A DNA stretch of 61,850 nt, the filler included, from Sphacelaria rigidula (lineage: Eukaryota), in assembly GCA_964200075.2 (NCBI GenBank). It is 7 parts of 7 records of this genome, joined end to end, with 100 filler letters (N's around TTAATTAATTAA, not from the genome) between each part and the next. Parts side by side here need not be neighbours in the genome. Positions count along the whole stretch, not along the records: positions 35,401 to 44,150 come from CAXNAA020010200.1; positions 44,251 to 53,000 come from CAXNAA020010201.1; 5 more parts are not named here. One strand, given 5' to 3'. The first letter of the stretch is position 1, and each line of letters opens with the position of its first letter. A program made the translations under genes and the position numbers. Below, one piece after another: positions 35,545 to 46,917 of the stretch. The notes below the pieces were generated by a model. It was not told the DNA's origin. It made no database searches and worked only from the letters and a program-made list of their open reading frames with translations.

Positions 35545-38500
35545 CTTCGTCAGTTGAGGAATTTTGTGAGGCAGAGGCTTGGCATCCTTGTAGCGATCGC
35601 CAGCGATACCTGGAAGCGGGAAAGACCACGACTTGAGCAGTTGGCCCGAGGGGACGCACGTTCCATCGAGAGTGGCTGGGCGATATCGACTCATGTCTAC
35701 ATGCAAATGGCGCTCCTTCGAAAAGGTAACGGGATCTCAACAGAAACTCGCGAGAATTTCCCCCTTGCCTGTGGTGGTATGCGCACTATCCTCCCTTTCG
35801 AAAGCACTATCCTCCCCTTTTATGAGCCGTTTCGTGCGTACTCGACGAGAAGGGGTGTGTGGAGGTAGCAGTTTCCGCCGGCTGGCGGTATATATAATTG
35901 TGCACCTTTCTTTCCTTGTGTTTCGCGTGTGTTAGGTGGTTGAACTCTATTTCTCTGGACAAAAACTGTCCGTGAGCTTGCTGACTTGTGCATGTTGGTC
36001 ACAAACCAAGTTCGTTGTTCGTCTCTCGATATACTTTCATATCACACGCTCAACTCCCTTGCTTCTTTGACCTCGTTGGTGGAGGCCCCGATTCAACTTC
36101 GGGACACTCTAGCCATGGAGTCTAGCCATGGGGCATTCAGAGTTATCTCGTGGTGTCGCCAACGTGAAAGGTGTTGATGTCCTCGACGGACATATGCCGG
36201 TTTGCTTTTTTCCTTCATGGTGATATCCATACTCCCACCGAAGAAAAATATCGTAGCGTATCAAGTTGTGTGTTCTGCGCTCAGAGACTTCCAAACTGCA
36301 GAGCCGGGGACGACTGTGTGAGCGAGAGCAAACGCGTCCAGCCAAAATCAGGGCTACAGAGGTGTCGGGTACAGGATAACGAATAAAAGTGATGAAGTAC
36401 CCGCGGTGTATGCTTGAATACTTTTTTTGCGAACGATTACAGCCTACCGGTAAATCTTCGTCGCGACGAAAATCAGAGAGGGCTCTATGCGGTCGAGTTC
36501 TCGGTCAGATGAGTGGGCCTGAGCATCGACATCTTGCAGTTGAGCTACAGAATTCATGCAGTAGACACTGCTCGAACATCGGCTTGGGATGTTTCCGATA
36601 CCACGTCATGTTGCGAGGAAGCGGAATCGAACCAAACGACTCACCGTGATGCGAAACTGGAACATGCGATGGATCCTGAAAACGCAGAGCGGGCGAAACA
36701 TTCAAGTGGAAAAAACGGATATACAAGAGCAATGGGGCGGTTCGATTATCGGGCGATAGGCGGCGATTCATATGTGGGAAGCGCAAAAAAATGGAGTGTC
36801 GACCATGCACCGTGCGTCCGCGACCCAGTTCTGCTTGGAGGGTATGTCAACATTTGTGGCAGGGACAAGGGAAAAAAAGAAGAAAACGACACGAGTCATT
36901 TACGTAGTAAAATCTCTTGGAATCTCGTGAAAGACACGTCGCCTGCGAGTTGCGGCCCTCCATTTCATCTTGGAAACCCCACTCCGTTGTCGCTCTGTGC
37001 TACGATCACGTGCGCAAACTACGTGTGCCCCAACGCATCGATGGTGTGCAGCGTGTCGACACAAAAATATGCAGAGTCAGGCGCCGGCACAGGCTATGGG
37101 CGAGTTATCAGACGTTCGCGACAGTCGAGCCTATGGCCCGTGCATTGCCGACTGCATTCAAGCGTTCAAGCTTGGGATCATGAAGACTAGTGACAATATA
37201 CGAAGGGAAACCAAGTGAAGGGGGAAAGCTCCGAAGCTCCTCGGCGATTGAGTTTGTGTCACCGAACGATCTACACGAGGCCCCAGCGAGGTTGCCCACG
37301 AAGTCTTGAGCATCACCGACGATATCCATCAACGCAGGCACATGCGGCATCGCTCACCACATGGTTTTCCATCATGGTGTCCCAACCGTACGGCATATCT
37401 CTGTGACTGGCAGGTAATGCCACGACTCTTCCTTCCTTAACCGCTTCTGCGTCCTCGAGCTCCGGGATAATTGCCATAGGAGTAAGGGTGCTCTCAAGGC
37501 TGGCGTTCGGACCTGCTTCGCCCCACACCCATATCAGGTCCTGGGCCACCTACCGTCATTAACAAGAACAGAAATTATGCAAAATATACCGGCGGAAAGT
37601 ATCGCTCGCTGTGGCCCTGCACAAACCGGCATGTGACTGCGCCTGCCTCCCGACAGCAGTATGCACATGTGAACCTAGCTGGGTATGCGCGTTACGAGAA
37701 GAAGAGTGTGTGTACCTTGGTGGGATGGGCTGAAGCGCAGGCAGCGGGCTGAGCTTCGTCCCTGCCACCGCGGTCGCTCTGTGGAATCTTGAGGCACTTG
37801 CCATCGGCATCGAAGCGCCATCCATGGTAGGCGCACCTGCGCGAACGTCGTACACGTCGATGCTTGATCGTGAACACATGTTTCAGGCAACGCACAGGGT
37901 TTGTGACATCTGCTGTAGGAAAGAGAGACCTGTCCACGATTTCTCACGATACGACTGTGCCCGGTACATTCTGTTGGACCGAGTGCCAGCACTGCAACAC
38001 ATACCGATGGGCCCAATCTCAAAGACAAACCTAATTCATTCAAGAGCATGCGCATTGCACGCAGCGCGCCGAAACTTACAAAAGGGAACCGTCGTCTTCC
38101 ACTCGACCTTCTGATAAAGGTGCCGCTCTGTGGGGACACCGGTCTTCAAAGCACGCCCACTTGCCTTGTCCATCACGCCACAGGACCAGGTTCTTTCCGA
38201 GCAACTACCATATGTCCACACGAAAACGCACGATACGTTGGACAGACTCATCACCGCGAAGTAATGCTAAGAAATGGGGTGGGAGAGTGTTTGGTTCCAC
38301 GAAATAGGGCTCACGTGTGTGTAAGACGACCCAACACACTCGCGGTGCGCTCGTATTTGAGTAAACACGGTGTCAAGCGGTATGAGTGAGCGTTATTTGT
38401 CGGTAACAAGTGTGTTGGAACAGTTGTTCCTGCTTTCAACGACGATTTGAAGTAGAACTTCGTGGAAGAAAATAATCCAGCCCCCCCCCCGGCTCAACAT

Positions 38501-39326
38501 GCAACACCATTCCAGAGGTTGATAGAAAAGATACCATGTCGGAAAACCAGTGTGCGTGTGCTTGCTCCCCCGTCGCTTACAATGCACCCACCCTTCAAAG
38601 AAACCCCATCTCAAGATGATACGCCTGTCTTTGTTTGAGTGTATGACTACGCTTTATACCTGCGAACGCTGCACGATGGGATGCAAGATACAGTCTTGCA
38701 TAATATTCAACATCGGGACAACCGTCGTCTACCCAACTTGTAGACCACATTATAGGACGAGTGAAAACGTTAACACAGGGCTTGCACACGAAGTTCACCG
38801 TCCGTGAAATCGTGCGAGAGCGCCAAAATGTGACATCGGACGATTTTCTCACATATAAGCTAGAAGTAGCTTCACGTCGTGGTTGAGATCTTTTCAGATT
38901 TCACTACTTTTCCATTTTTGAGCATCCGACAACACGAAACATCAATTAGTCATCACGAGGGGAGCGATATCCGTGATGATGTAGCAATCAGCGTGCGGTG
39001 ACGATAACGCGCCAACGTCGTTGCTGTTACAATTCAACAGAGGCAACTCAAAACCCACCGGTTCACCCCCGCACAAGGGCTGGGTCTGGTCCGTAGATTT
39101 GCTGCCCTTAACTCAAGTTGTGCAATGCACACGCGTGGTATTTACTCTACTTGAAATACTCGTGAGATCGGTACCTCACACTCCGGGCTCTTCGGGGGGG
39201 CGGCAGAAGAGCAAGTGACAGTTCTCGTACGTAACGCCGTTGAACAAGTTCCCCCTCTTCTCAACTGACCTGGACAGGGTGAGCTCTTGCTTCATCCATG
39301 TCGTTGACGGACGCGATCGGGTACCA
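35545..39326 (-). CDS. Pheophorbide a oxygenase / TIC55 / PTC52-like Rieske non-heme iron oxygenase, partial (5' exons unresolved, 3' part runs off the contig)
   Basis: Phase-compatible exons: 39326-39270 (WYPIASVNDMDEARAHPVQ), 38204-38080 (LLGKNLVLWRDGQGKWACFEDRCPHRAAPLSEGRVEDDGSL), 37836-37716 (LCAYHGWRFDADGKCLKIPQS...HPTK), 37549-37358 (VAQDLIWVWGE...RDMPYGWDTMMENHV), 36675-36645 (DPSHVPVSHH), 35609-~35545 (GIAGDRYKDAKPL...). The five introns between them are GT-AG. The Rieske CxH..CxxH and mononuclear-iron ENxxDxxHxxxxHH motifs are intact. Confidence 0.93.
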
Positions 39327-41041
39327 CTGCGGTATATCAGCAGGCAAAAACACCGTCGCGACAAAATATTCATTGGGGTCAGTAGCTGAGAACCGTGGGG
39401 ACAGTTTGCAAAGTCAAAACACTTGGCGTTCCGGACCGCGATCGAGTGCGACTCCATCCACCGCCAGACAAAGCTGCCGGGAAATTTAGTATTTCGACAC
39501 ATTGTAACAAGCTCAAAAAAACTCCGAAGGCTTCTGCATCAGCTGCAGGAGTGACCTATCGCACGTAGTCGGTGAGTGAACTGTTTCGCCGTTGCACTTC
39601 TACAAGAATGTAGGTGGTTTCCGAGCAACTCCGTGTTTTAGTCGATCCTGCTCGACGTTAGGTACCACATCAGTTTGATTTCACCGACTCGCGATGGTAT
39701 ATGTTTCGAAACAGTGTACATCCTTACTGCGACCACAGTAGCAGAGCTCCATTACGAGAGTTGAATTTGTTCGAAGGTCTTCCGGAGCTCATCCGCTTGG
39801 CTGCGATCCTTGTATCGAAATAGCTACTTCGCCCACAGTCCCGTCGGCGAGCACGGAAAGGTGTACCTTTTCAAGGGAATCGGCGCCTGCTGGGGAGTAC
39901 CCGCGGGACGGTCCAGATAGCATGCAAGTCTACGAATTACCCAGCTAATGTTCATCTCGTAGCTGTACAAGCACATTTTACCATTTCTAAACGACCAGTG
40001 GACTGTTCCAAGTGAAAAAAAAGAGCTGCCGTTACAACCTTTCGCTTGAGCATATAGCAAAACGCTGGTTGATTGCAGCTGAGCAGACAGATAATCCGTT
40101 TAGACTGCGCACAGCCGAGAGCTATGACGCATCGGCTGTACAGATGTGAAGGTTATACATGGTCGCTGATGAAACTAATGGCCGTGTCATCTGTACAAAG
40201 CAGTATTATACAACCGTCAGTGCAGTACAGCTGAGCAGTTTGGCACTGCCACGTGCAGAGAAACCCTGAATGCTAAAGGTTGGTCAGCACTACCTCAAAC
40301 GCGCCGGGGTTCGGAAAGCAACAGGGTTTCACCATAGGCTTAGCATTACGTTTCCGCTCGAGTATCCTTCTCTTTATGACTTGAGACGTGCTTTGTCACA
40401 GCAATTTGACATTAATCATCAACAGCTTTGTGGGCAACGTTACGCGCCTTGAAAGAGATCATCGTCAAAAATGAGATTGAACGTTGAAATATGTTTCAAC
40501 TTCCAAAAAGTGATTTCCCTGACCTACACAGTCATGACAAACGACTTTCACATGGACGACCTCACGTCGCCCGACCTCCTTGGAACTCTTATTTAGGGTT
40601 TGCAGTCTTTTAAAACCCTAAATGTTCCCCCGAAGAATATGTGCGAAAGCACCGTTTTGCCTCGATTCGGGGTGAAAAAAACGGCGCCTTTTAGTCCGAA
40701 AATGGTGTTTTCGCGCATACCCTTCTGGGGAAGGGAGGAGGGGAGACTCCCAAAACTTCAGGGTGGGGACCGGACCAGTATTTACTGACAGTATTCCTGT
40801 ACTGCGTCAGAGGCTGCCAGTACAGCCAGTACATACCCATCTTACATACGTCCTGTATTATGCCTCCTAAATCACGTGGAAACCCACCCAACAACTATTT
40901 GAAGAAGAAACGTTTTCACCCCCGGTCAGGCATCATCGAAGCGGCCCAAAATCACCCCAAAAATATCTTCTAGTGAAGCCAAATCGCGTAAAAATACGCC
41001 TCCGGCGGGGTCGCCTCACCAGCCGGGGGGGGTGGGGGGGC

Positions 41042-41122
41042 GGTGGTCGCGGCGCAGCCGCGACACCAATGTACTGCTAGGACCCAGTAAACTGGCTGCT
41101 CTCCGCAGCCAGTTTACCTGGT
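41042..41122 (+). mobile_element. Double-hairpin terminus ending CTGG|T (Helitron-like 3' end); the element body is probably upstream (~40580-41040)
   Basis: GTCGCGGC-GCA-GCCGCGAC (41046-41064) and GTAAACTGGCTGC-TCTCC-GCAGCCAGTTTAC (41087-41117), then CTGGT. Confidence 0.45.
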
Positions 41123-41349
41123 ACTGGCGCGTAGCGCCAGTCCCCAACCCTACAAAACTAGTTTCAAGCAAGTCGAGCGGCATGAGGTCGTCCACGTTCA
41201 AGTCATTTGCCATTACTTGAGGTCAAGGAAAGCACTGTTTGGGAGTTGAAGATAATTTTAATGTTGAACGCCATTCTTGAAAGTAATCTGTTTTGAGGAG
41301 ATCTCGAAGTTAAAGTGGTGAGTGCTTGACTTCAGAGCCCCCCCCCCCC

Positions 41350-42455
41350 GCTCCGTCTGTAGATCAGTATACATACCTTGGCATGGATGTGTAAAAGACG
41401 ATGTTCTCGGGGTACACACATAGATGAAGTGAAGGAAAACTTCAAGGGACAGATGGGCACGATGGACGTGTTCCCAAGAGATTCGCACCTCCACACTAAG
41501 ATTCAAGGATACGTGTGCTGATGAACGCGATTGCACCAATGTTAGAATTTGCAAAAGTATGGGTTGGTAACGCGAGGTTCGTGAAGCAGTTGCAACGAAT
41601 ATAGATGGCCACAAGTAGGAAAACGCTCAGCGTACAGTGCTCAAAAACGACGAATAACACGGATCAAGGACAAAATTGGGGATGCACAAACTAAAACGGA
41701 ACAGAAACCAAAGAAAAATGAAATGGCAATGCATTGTAAGAAACAGGCCAAGAAGGAGATGGCCACCTACAGTCGATAGGGCTGCATGTAAAGAGGTAAC
41801 GGAAGGGCAGACCGTAAAAAGGTGGGATATCGTAGTGGAGAAAATATGGAAGGATGTTGGAGGAAACCAAGAAGAGGTACTGTAATGTCCATACGTGAAC
41901 GTCGGGGGGTACAAGACAAGGAAAAACGACAATATATGAGTAAGAGCGAAACAGATGCTACGAAAGTGGGCGAGGAAGAGCACCTAGAGGTATATGGGGG
42001 ATTGGGAGAAGAAATCGGGATCAAAACATGTCCGCATGACCCAATGGACTACTCGGAAAGCTTCGTAGGGGGGACCTGGACCCGCCAGAGAGAAGAAAGA
42101 GGTATACCGGTAGTCCGGTGGAGGAGGGAGTAGATGTACAGAATTGCCGTTGTGGCAAAGCAACAGAGAGTAGAACTCATACCGGGGGGGATGAGGTATA
42201 TATATGATTGAGATAAAACATCATGAGGTACGTTCGATGGTGACAAAACAATCGCTCCACTAGGGAATAGATAGTGGACACAGACGACGAAACTGAACAA
42301 GAAATGTAAAAGGTTCATGTTCAATACATGGAAGGAACGCAGTCAGTGCCCAAATGTTGGACGTGACTGAATTTTGAAGTATGAACGGAACATTGTCTCG
42401 AAAGGGACGTGTGGTTAATTGTCAAATGACGACGGCAAGCAACAAATGCACGCCT
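41350..42455 (+). mobile_element. 5'-truncated degenerate LINE (C-terminal part of ORF2 plus 3' end)
   Basis: Begins 'SVDQYTYLG', the late RT Y.YLG motif of non-LTR elements. Continues 'EHLEVYGGLGEEIGIKT' and a CCHC-like 'CRCGKATESRTH' (~42145-42180). The 3' end is shared with 8181-8252 and 35258-35300. Confidence 0.8.
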
Positions 42456-43789
42456 CCATACATGAGCTCTGGTCGCGGCGACCGATCAACATGCTCAATT
42501 TCGACACTTCGCTCAATTGTTTGGTCCCGTCAAGACGGGCCCTCAGTCAACCATGCCCCAATATGGACTACAGCAGCAAGCTACTTGCTCCAAGCTGAAA
42601 GCTAACATATGAACAGAGCAGAGAGGAAGCAGACAAAAGATTCTGCTACTCAGACGTCTTGTTGGGTTGAACTCATGATGCATTGTTGTAGCTGGCTTTG
42701 TGGCCCTACAAGCCGGGAACGAGGTCCGAGAGGCGCGGAATGACCATTTTGACGAATCACGGCTATCGAAATGGTCACTTTGTCCCCCTGAGGATGCACT
42801 ACAGGTGGACTACTTCGCTGTCCAGCCGTATTTTTTACTTTGGTTTGACAATTCAGCCATAAATAACATGGGGCTCAAACACTGTGCGTACTACTCAGCT
42901 CGTAGTCTACGCCGCCTGCCTGACCCTTCATGTGTTGCTAGAATAGCTCGACACTGTCTGTAGTGTTGTAGAGTACTACGCAGAGGCATCCCCCGCATGC
43001 AGTGACTGTTTAGTGGAGAGCGATGGCACGCTAACCTTTTTTGTCGTTGCATCCAGCATATAAGTCATGCCGCCCACACACCGACTCTGCCGCCAATAGA
43101 CTGCAGGGTCGAAACCGGTCGGGGGGGGGGGTTCCGGGACTCCCTTCTATATAACAGATGCCCAACATCCGCATGTTCATGGTGAAGGGTGTTTCGTATA
43201 GCGAGAAAAGAGCTGTTGTGAACATTAAGTGGGACAGAATTTATCTCAGTCCGCCTGCGGGGGGGTCGCGGTCTAAAGGGCTCAAAATCAGGGGAAGAAA
43301 TGGAACAAGGGACATATCATGTTTGTTGCTTTTTACTGTACGGAGGTACTGTACTCTTGTGTCCCGGTACAACCATTGTACTAGCCACACGGTACTGTTC
43401 ACGCCACCGTTGAAACGAAATGGTGTGTTTGCTGTTGTGTGCTCGGCGAAACGGGAAAGGCGCTTCGCACCCGTCACTTCTATGCTGCGGTCCTCGCCAC
43501 GGTACTGTGATGCGTTCGAACTCTACGAACACGATCTGATATGCGCCGGAGCATACCAGAGCTTCTGTACTGCTTCTGTGATTCGGTCTGTAGAATTGAG
43601 GTGGGAACAACGTGTTGTCTATACAAAGTTGCAAGAGTCAAGTGCTGGTTATGCAGCCGTTGTATTTTCTATGGGCGCGTTGTTGTACGGGCGCAACGTC
43701 CGATCTCAGGGCCTGTCTTACCGAATTATTTTTCGATCGGAAAATGTGCGGTGGGAAACACGGTGGAAAACAAAGTTTCGAATGTTGTG

Positions 43790-44059
43790 TTCTGCAGGGT
43801 ACGGGTACGTTTGGTGGGGTGTGAGATTCCTTAAAGAAGTTACAGAATTATCATTCACGGGTATAAAAGTCTTACACACGTTACAGAACCTGTCGAGGAA
43901 GGTACGGAAGGCTTCCACAACTCACAGATGTTGTCGGGTGGGGTATGACTGTTGCAAAGATGAAAAAAACCGTGATCGGGTAGCGTACAAGGGTATACCC
44001 GCACCACGGGTAAGGGCAGACATTGTACACAACTTACAGAATTGTCGGGAAAGGGTGGT
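43790..44059 (+). repeat. ~40-bp-subunit dispersed repeat, copy 3
   Basis: TTCTGCAGGGTACGGGTACG...TTACAGAA(C/T)..GTCG subunits, colinear with the reverse complement of 1050-1310. Confidence 0.65.
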
Positions 44060-44150
44060 GACGAATGCCACGATAGCCCCCCCCCCCTCACCCCTTCCGC
44101 TGGTTAGACACCCATGAGGCAGTGTGAAAGCCGTGGCTGTCTCTGGAAGT
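44060..44150 (+). mobile_element. Left end of a GAC-terminus MITE, cut by the contig end
   Basis: GACGAATGCCACGATAGCCCCCC resembles the TIR of 18774-19000. The inner CCCATGAGGCAGTGT..AAGCCGTGG.TGTCTC also ends contig 2 (~17544-17580). Confidence 0.6.
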
Positions 44151-46080
44151 NNNNNNNNNNNNNNNNNNNNNNNNNNNNNNNNNNNNNNNNNNNNTTAATT
44201 AATTAANNNNNNNNNNNNNNNNNNNNNNNNNNNNNNNNNNNNNNNNNNNNCTTTGGATAATACTTTCGTCCCCATCACCTTGCCACACAGCCCTTTGTGG
44301 TCGGAGTGGGCCGCCGTTTCCCTCTTCGTTGCATGCGGCAAATTCTCTTCGAACAGTATCAGTGTTGCGGCACGCATGCATGCAACAGTATAGTACAGTA
44401 CAGTGTAGTACGCCTCTCCGACTGAAGCAACAACTGCCGCTGCATACTCCCTTGCACGTTTTGAGCAATTCTCAGCTACCGAGATCAACTGCCTACATAC
44501 CGCTTCTTCATCCGCGCCCACTAAATACATATAAACCGCACATTGCAAGTAATCGGCAGAGGGATAATCACAACTCATGACGGTAGCTCCTTGTCTTTCC
44601 ACGGCCCACCTGGGTTTAGTGCCTCGTGAGAATGACCACATAGTGGCATGTCCACTCCTTCCCGGTTTTTCCGGTCCACCCTGTGCTAGTGTAATTACTG
44701 CTTTTTAGTATAAACTTGTGACCCAAAAAATCACCGGAAAACTCGGGAAAGCTGTACTGAGTGCAAGTAATATCACATAACCAAGTTCCGACCGCCCTGC
44801 ACTTGGAAACCTGGCAAGGCTTATATCTGGGCCAGGGATAGGGTGCCCACACGATCTTTGCAGTGGCATCACACTCACCAACAATCCCCGCGCTGGTCGT
44901 TCTGGTCTGGTCGATAAATCTCGCCTTGCCGTGATTGGGCAGGTCGCTCGAAGACTTATTTTTTATTATTTCGCTGACACAGGGTCAACCCTGTGTTAGT
45001 GGGGGGTCGGTCCCAAAAGGGTTAATACAGATCGAACCCCGTATCTGTACACAGGTTCAGAAATACGGCGGGTCTGGAAGTGGTCGTTAGTCCAAGTTCT
45101 CTGTAATACTGCTCGATCTGTATAAAAGTGCAAGAGGAGGTCGAGTAGAGTGTGCACTTTTGAGGACTCGAGTAAAATACCCGAGTATTTACTCTACTCT
45201 CTTGAGTAGGTTGAGTACGGCCTCCAATACTCTACCCACAATTTGAGTAGATCGAGTACGACCTCCAATACTCTACTCAGATATTGAGATAGCACTCTCA
45301 GTTATACTTGAATATAGAGTTTCACTTAAGTATGACCTCAATACTCTAATCAATTTTTGAGTAGGTTGAGTACGGCCTCAAATACTCTGGTCAAATTTTG
45401 AATAGGTCGAGTACGGCCTCCGATACTCTAGTCAAAATTTGAGTAGATCGAGTACGGCCTCCAATACTCTACTCAAATATTGAGTAAGCACTCTCAGTAA
45501 TTCTCGAGTATAGTCTCACTTGGGCATAACGTCAATACTCTAGTCAAATTTCGAGCAGGTCGAGTACGACCTCAGATACTCTAGTCAAATTTTGAGTAGG
45601 TTGAGTACGGCCTTAAATACTCTACTTGAAATTTGAGTAGATCGAGTACGGCCTCGAATACTCTACTCAAATATTGAGTAAGCACTCTTAGTAGTACTTG
45701 AGTATAGAGTATCACTTGGGTATGATGAGAAACCGTGAATGTCGGCGACCTCGTGACGTCACTTCACAGACTATGTTAAATACATGGGCGAACGATGTCC
45801 ATCATTTAGATGAGTGGCGGTACGTCACTACAGTACAATGAGTATGAGCGAATGATGGCCATGAAAAAACAGAAAAAAGCGTGCAGGTGAATGAACCTAC
45901 CTGCCTCAGGTCACCTGCCCCCACCCATGGCAGCACATACCTGATGCCTGATACCGATACCCTTGACCCCTTTGATATCACTTTCAGTACAGAACGCTAC
46001 TCATCATTATTCAGTAATCGAGTAGACGGGATGTCGGGCAGGTATTATCAAAATGAGCGACCCTGCGGGCCACACTTGTA

Positions 46081-46444
46081 CCACCGGTCGCCCCGGTGGC
46101 TCAGTTGGTAACCTCGTCTCCTTCTGACGGTTGTGTCATGGGTTCAATTCTCGGAGCGGTCTGGGAATTTTTCTCACACCATGCCAAACAGTGGAGAGCG
46201 ACTATGTCGTGGGTAAACAAAATTCGAATTAACGGTCGACGAGGGAAAGGGACAGCTGAACCCCTCTCGCGATAAAAAAGAAAGGCAAGCACCTCAGAAG
46301 AAAGGTGGCTTACCAAAAATAAATAAGAAGCTCCGCTGTTGACCTTTCCCCTGTGTGACCTCGACTGGTGCGCCCACATATACCGAAAGGTGTAGACCGG
46401 CGTCCAGAATAGAAGGAATGTCAACATACACACACACACACACA
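46081..46444 (+). mobile_element. tRNA-derived SINE with (CA)n tail
   Basis: A box TGGCTCAGTTGG (46097-46108), B box GGTTCAATTCT (46141-46151), a ~280-bp body and a (CA)n tail at ~46429-46444. It interrupts a repeat whose uninterrupted inverted copy lies at ~47570-47730. Confidence 0.85.
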
Positions 46445-46842
46445 TGAGACTCCTCCATGGGAGAGTCAGCGGTGGTACATCGGGTCCGGCCTCAGATACT
46501 CCACCCAACTTTCGGGTAGATTGGGTATGACCTCAAATACTATACTCAAATATTGGATAGATTGAGTATGACTTCAAATATTCTACTCAAATTTTGAATG
46601 GATTGGATATGACCTGAAATACTCAAGTCAAAATTTGAGTAGGTTGAGTACGACCTCAAATACTCTACTCAAATTTGAGCAAATCGAGTTCGGCCTCCAA
46701 TACTCTACTCAGATATTGAGTAAGCATTCTCAGTAATACTTGAGTATAGAGTATCACTTGGGTATGATCTCAATACTCTACTCAAATATTGAGTAGGTTG
46801 AGTACGGCCTTAAATACTCTACTCAAAATTTGAGTGGATTGA

Positions 46843-46843
46843 G

Positions 46844-46917
<74 letters not shown>
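46843..46917 (+). repeat. (GTT)25 microsatellite
   Basis: Perfect trinucleotide run. Confidence 0.98.

Noticed and set aside
39400..40000. Candidate 5' exons (targeting peptide) of the Rieske oxygenase, e.g. ...GADSLEK|gtacac near 39866
   Set aside because: I could not build a supported chain to the WYP exon, so it is left unannotated.
43158..44117. 319-aa ORF, the longest in the track
   Set aside because: It runs through the ~40-bp-subunit repeat and a MITE end, and has no recognisable motif.
46090..46165. Functional tRNA gene
   Set aside because: A and B boxes are present but there is no proper acceptor stem. It continues into a body and (CA)n tail, so it is a SINE.
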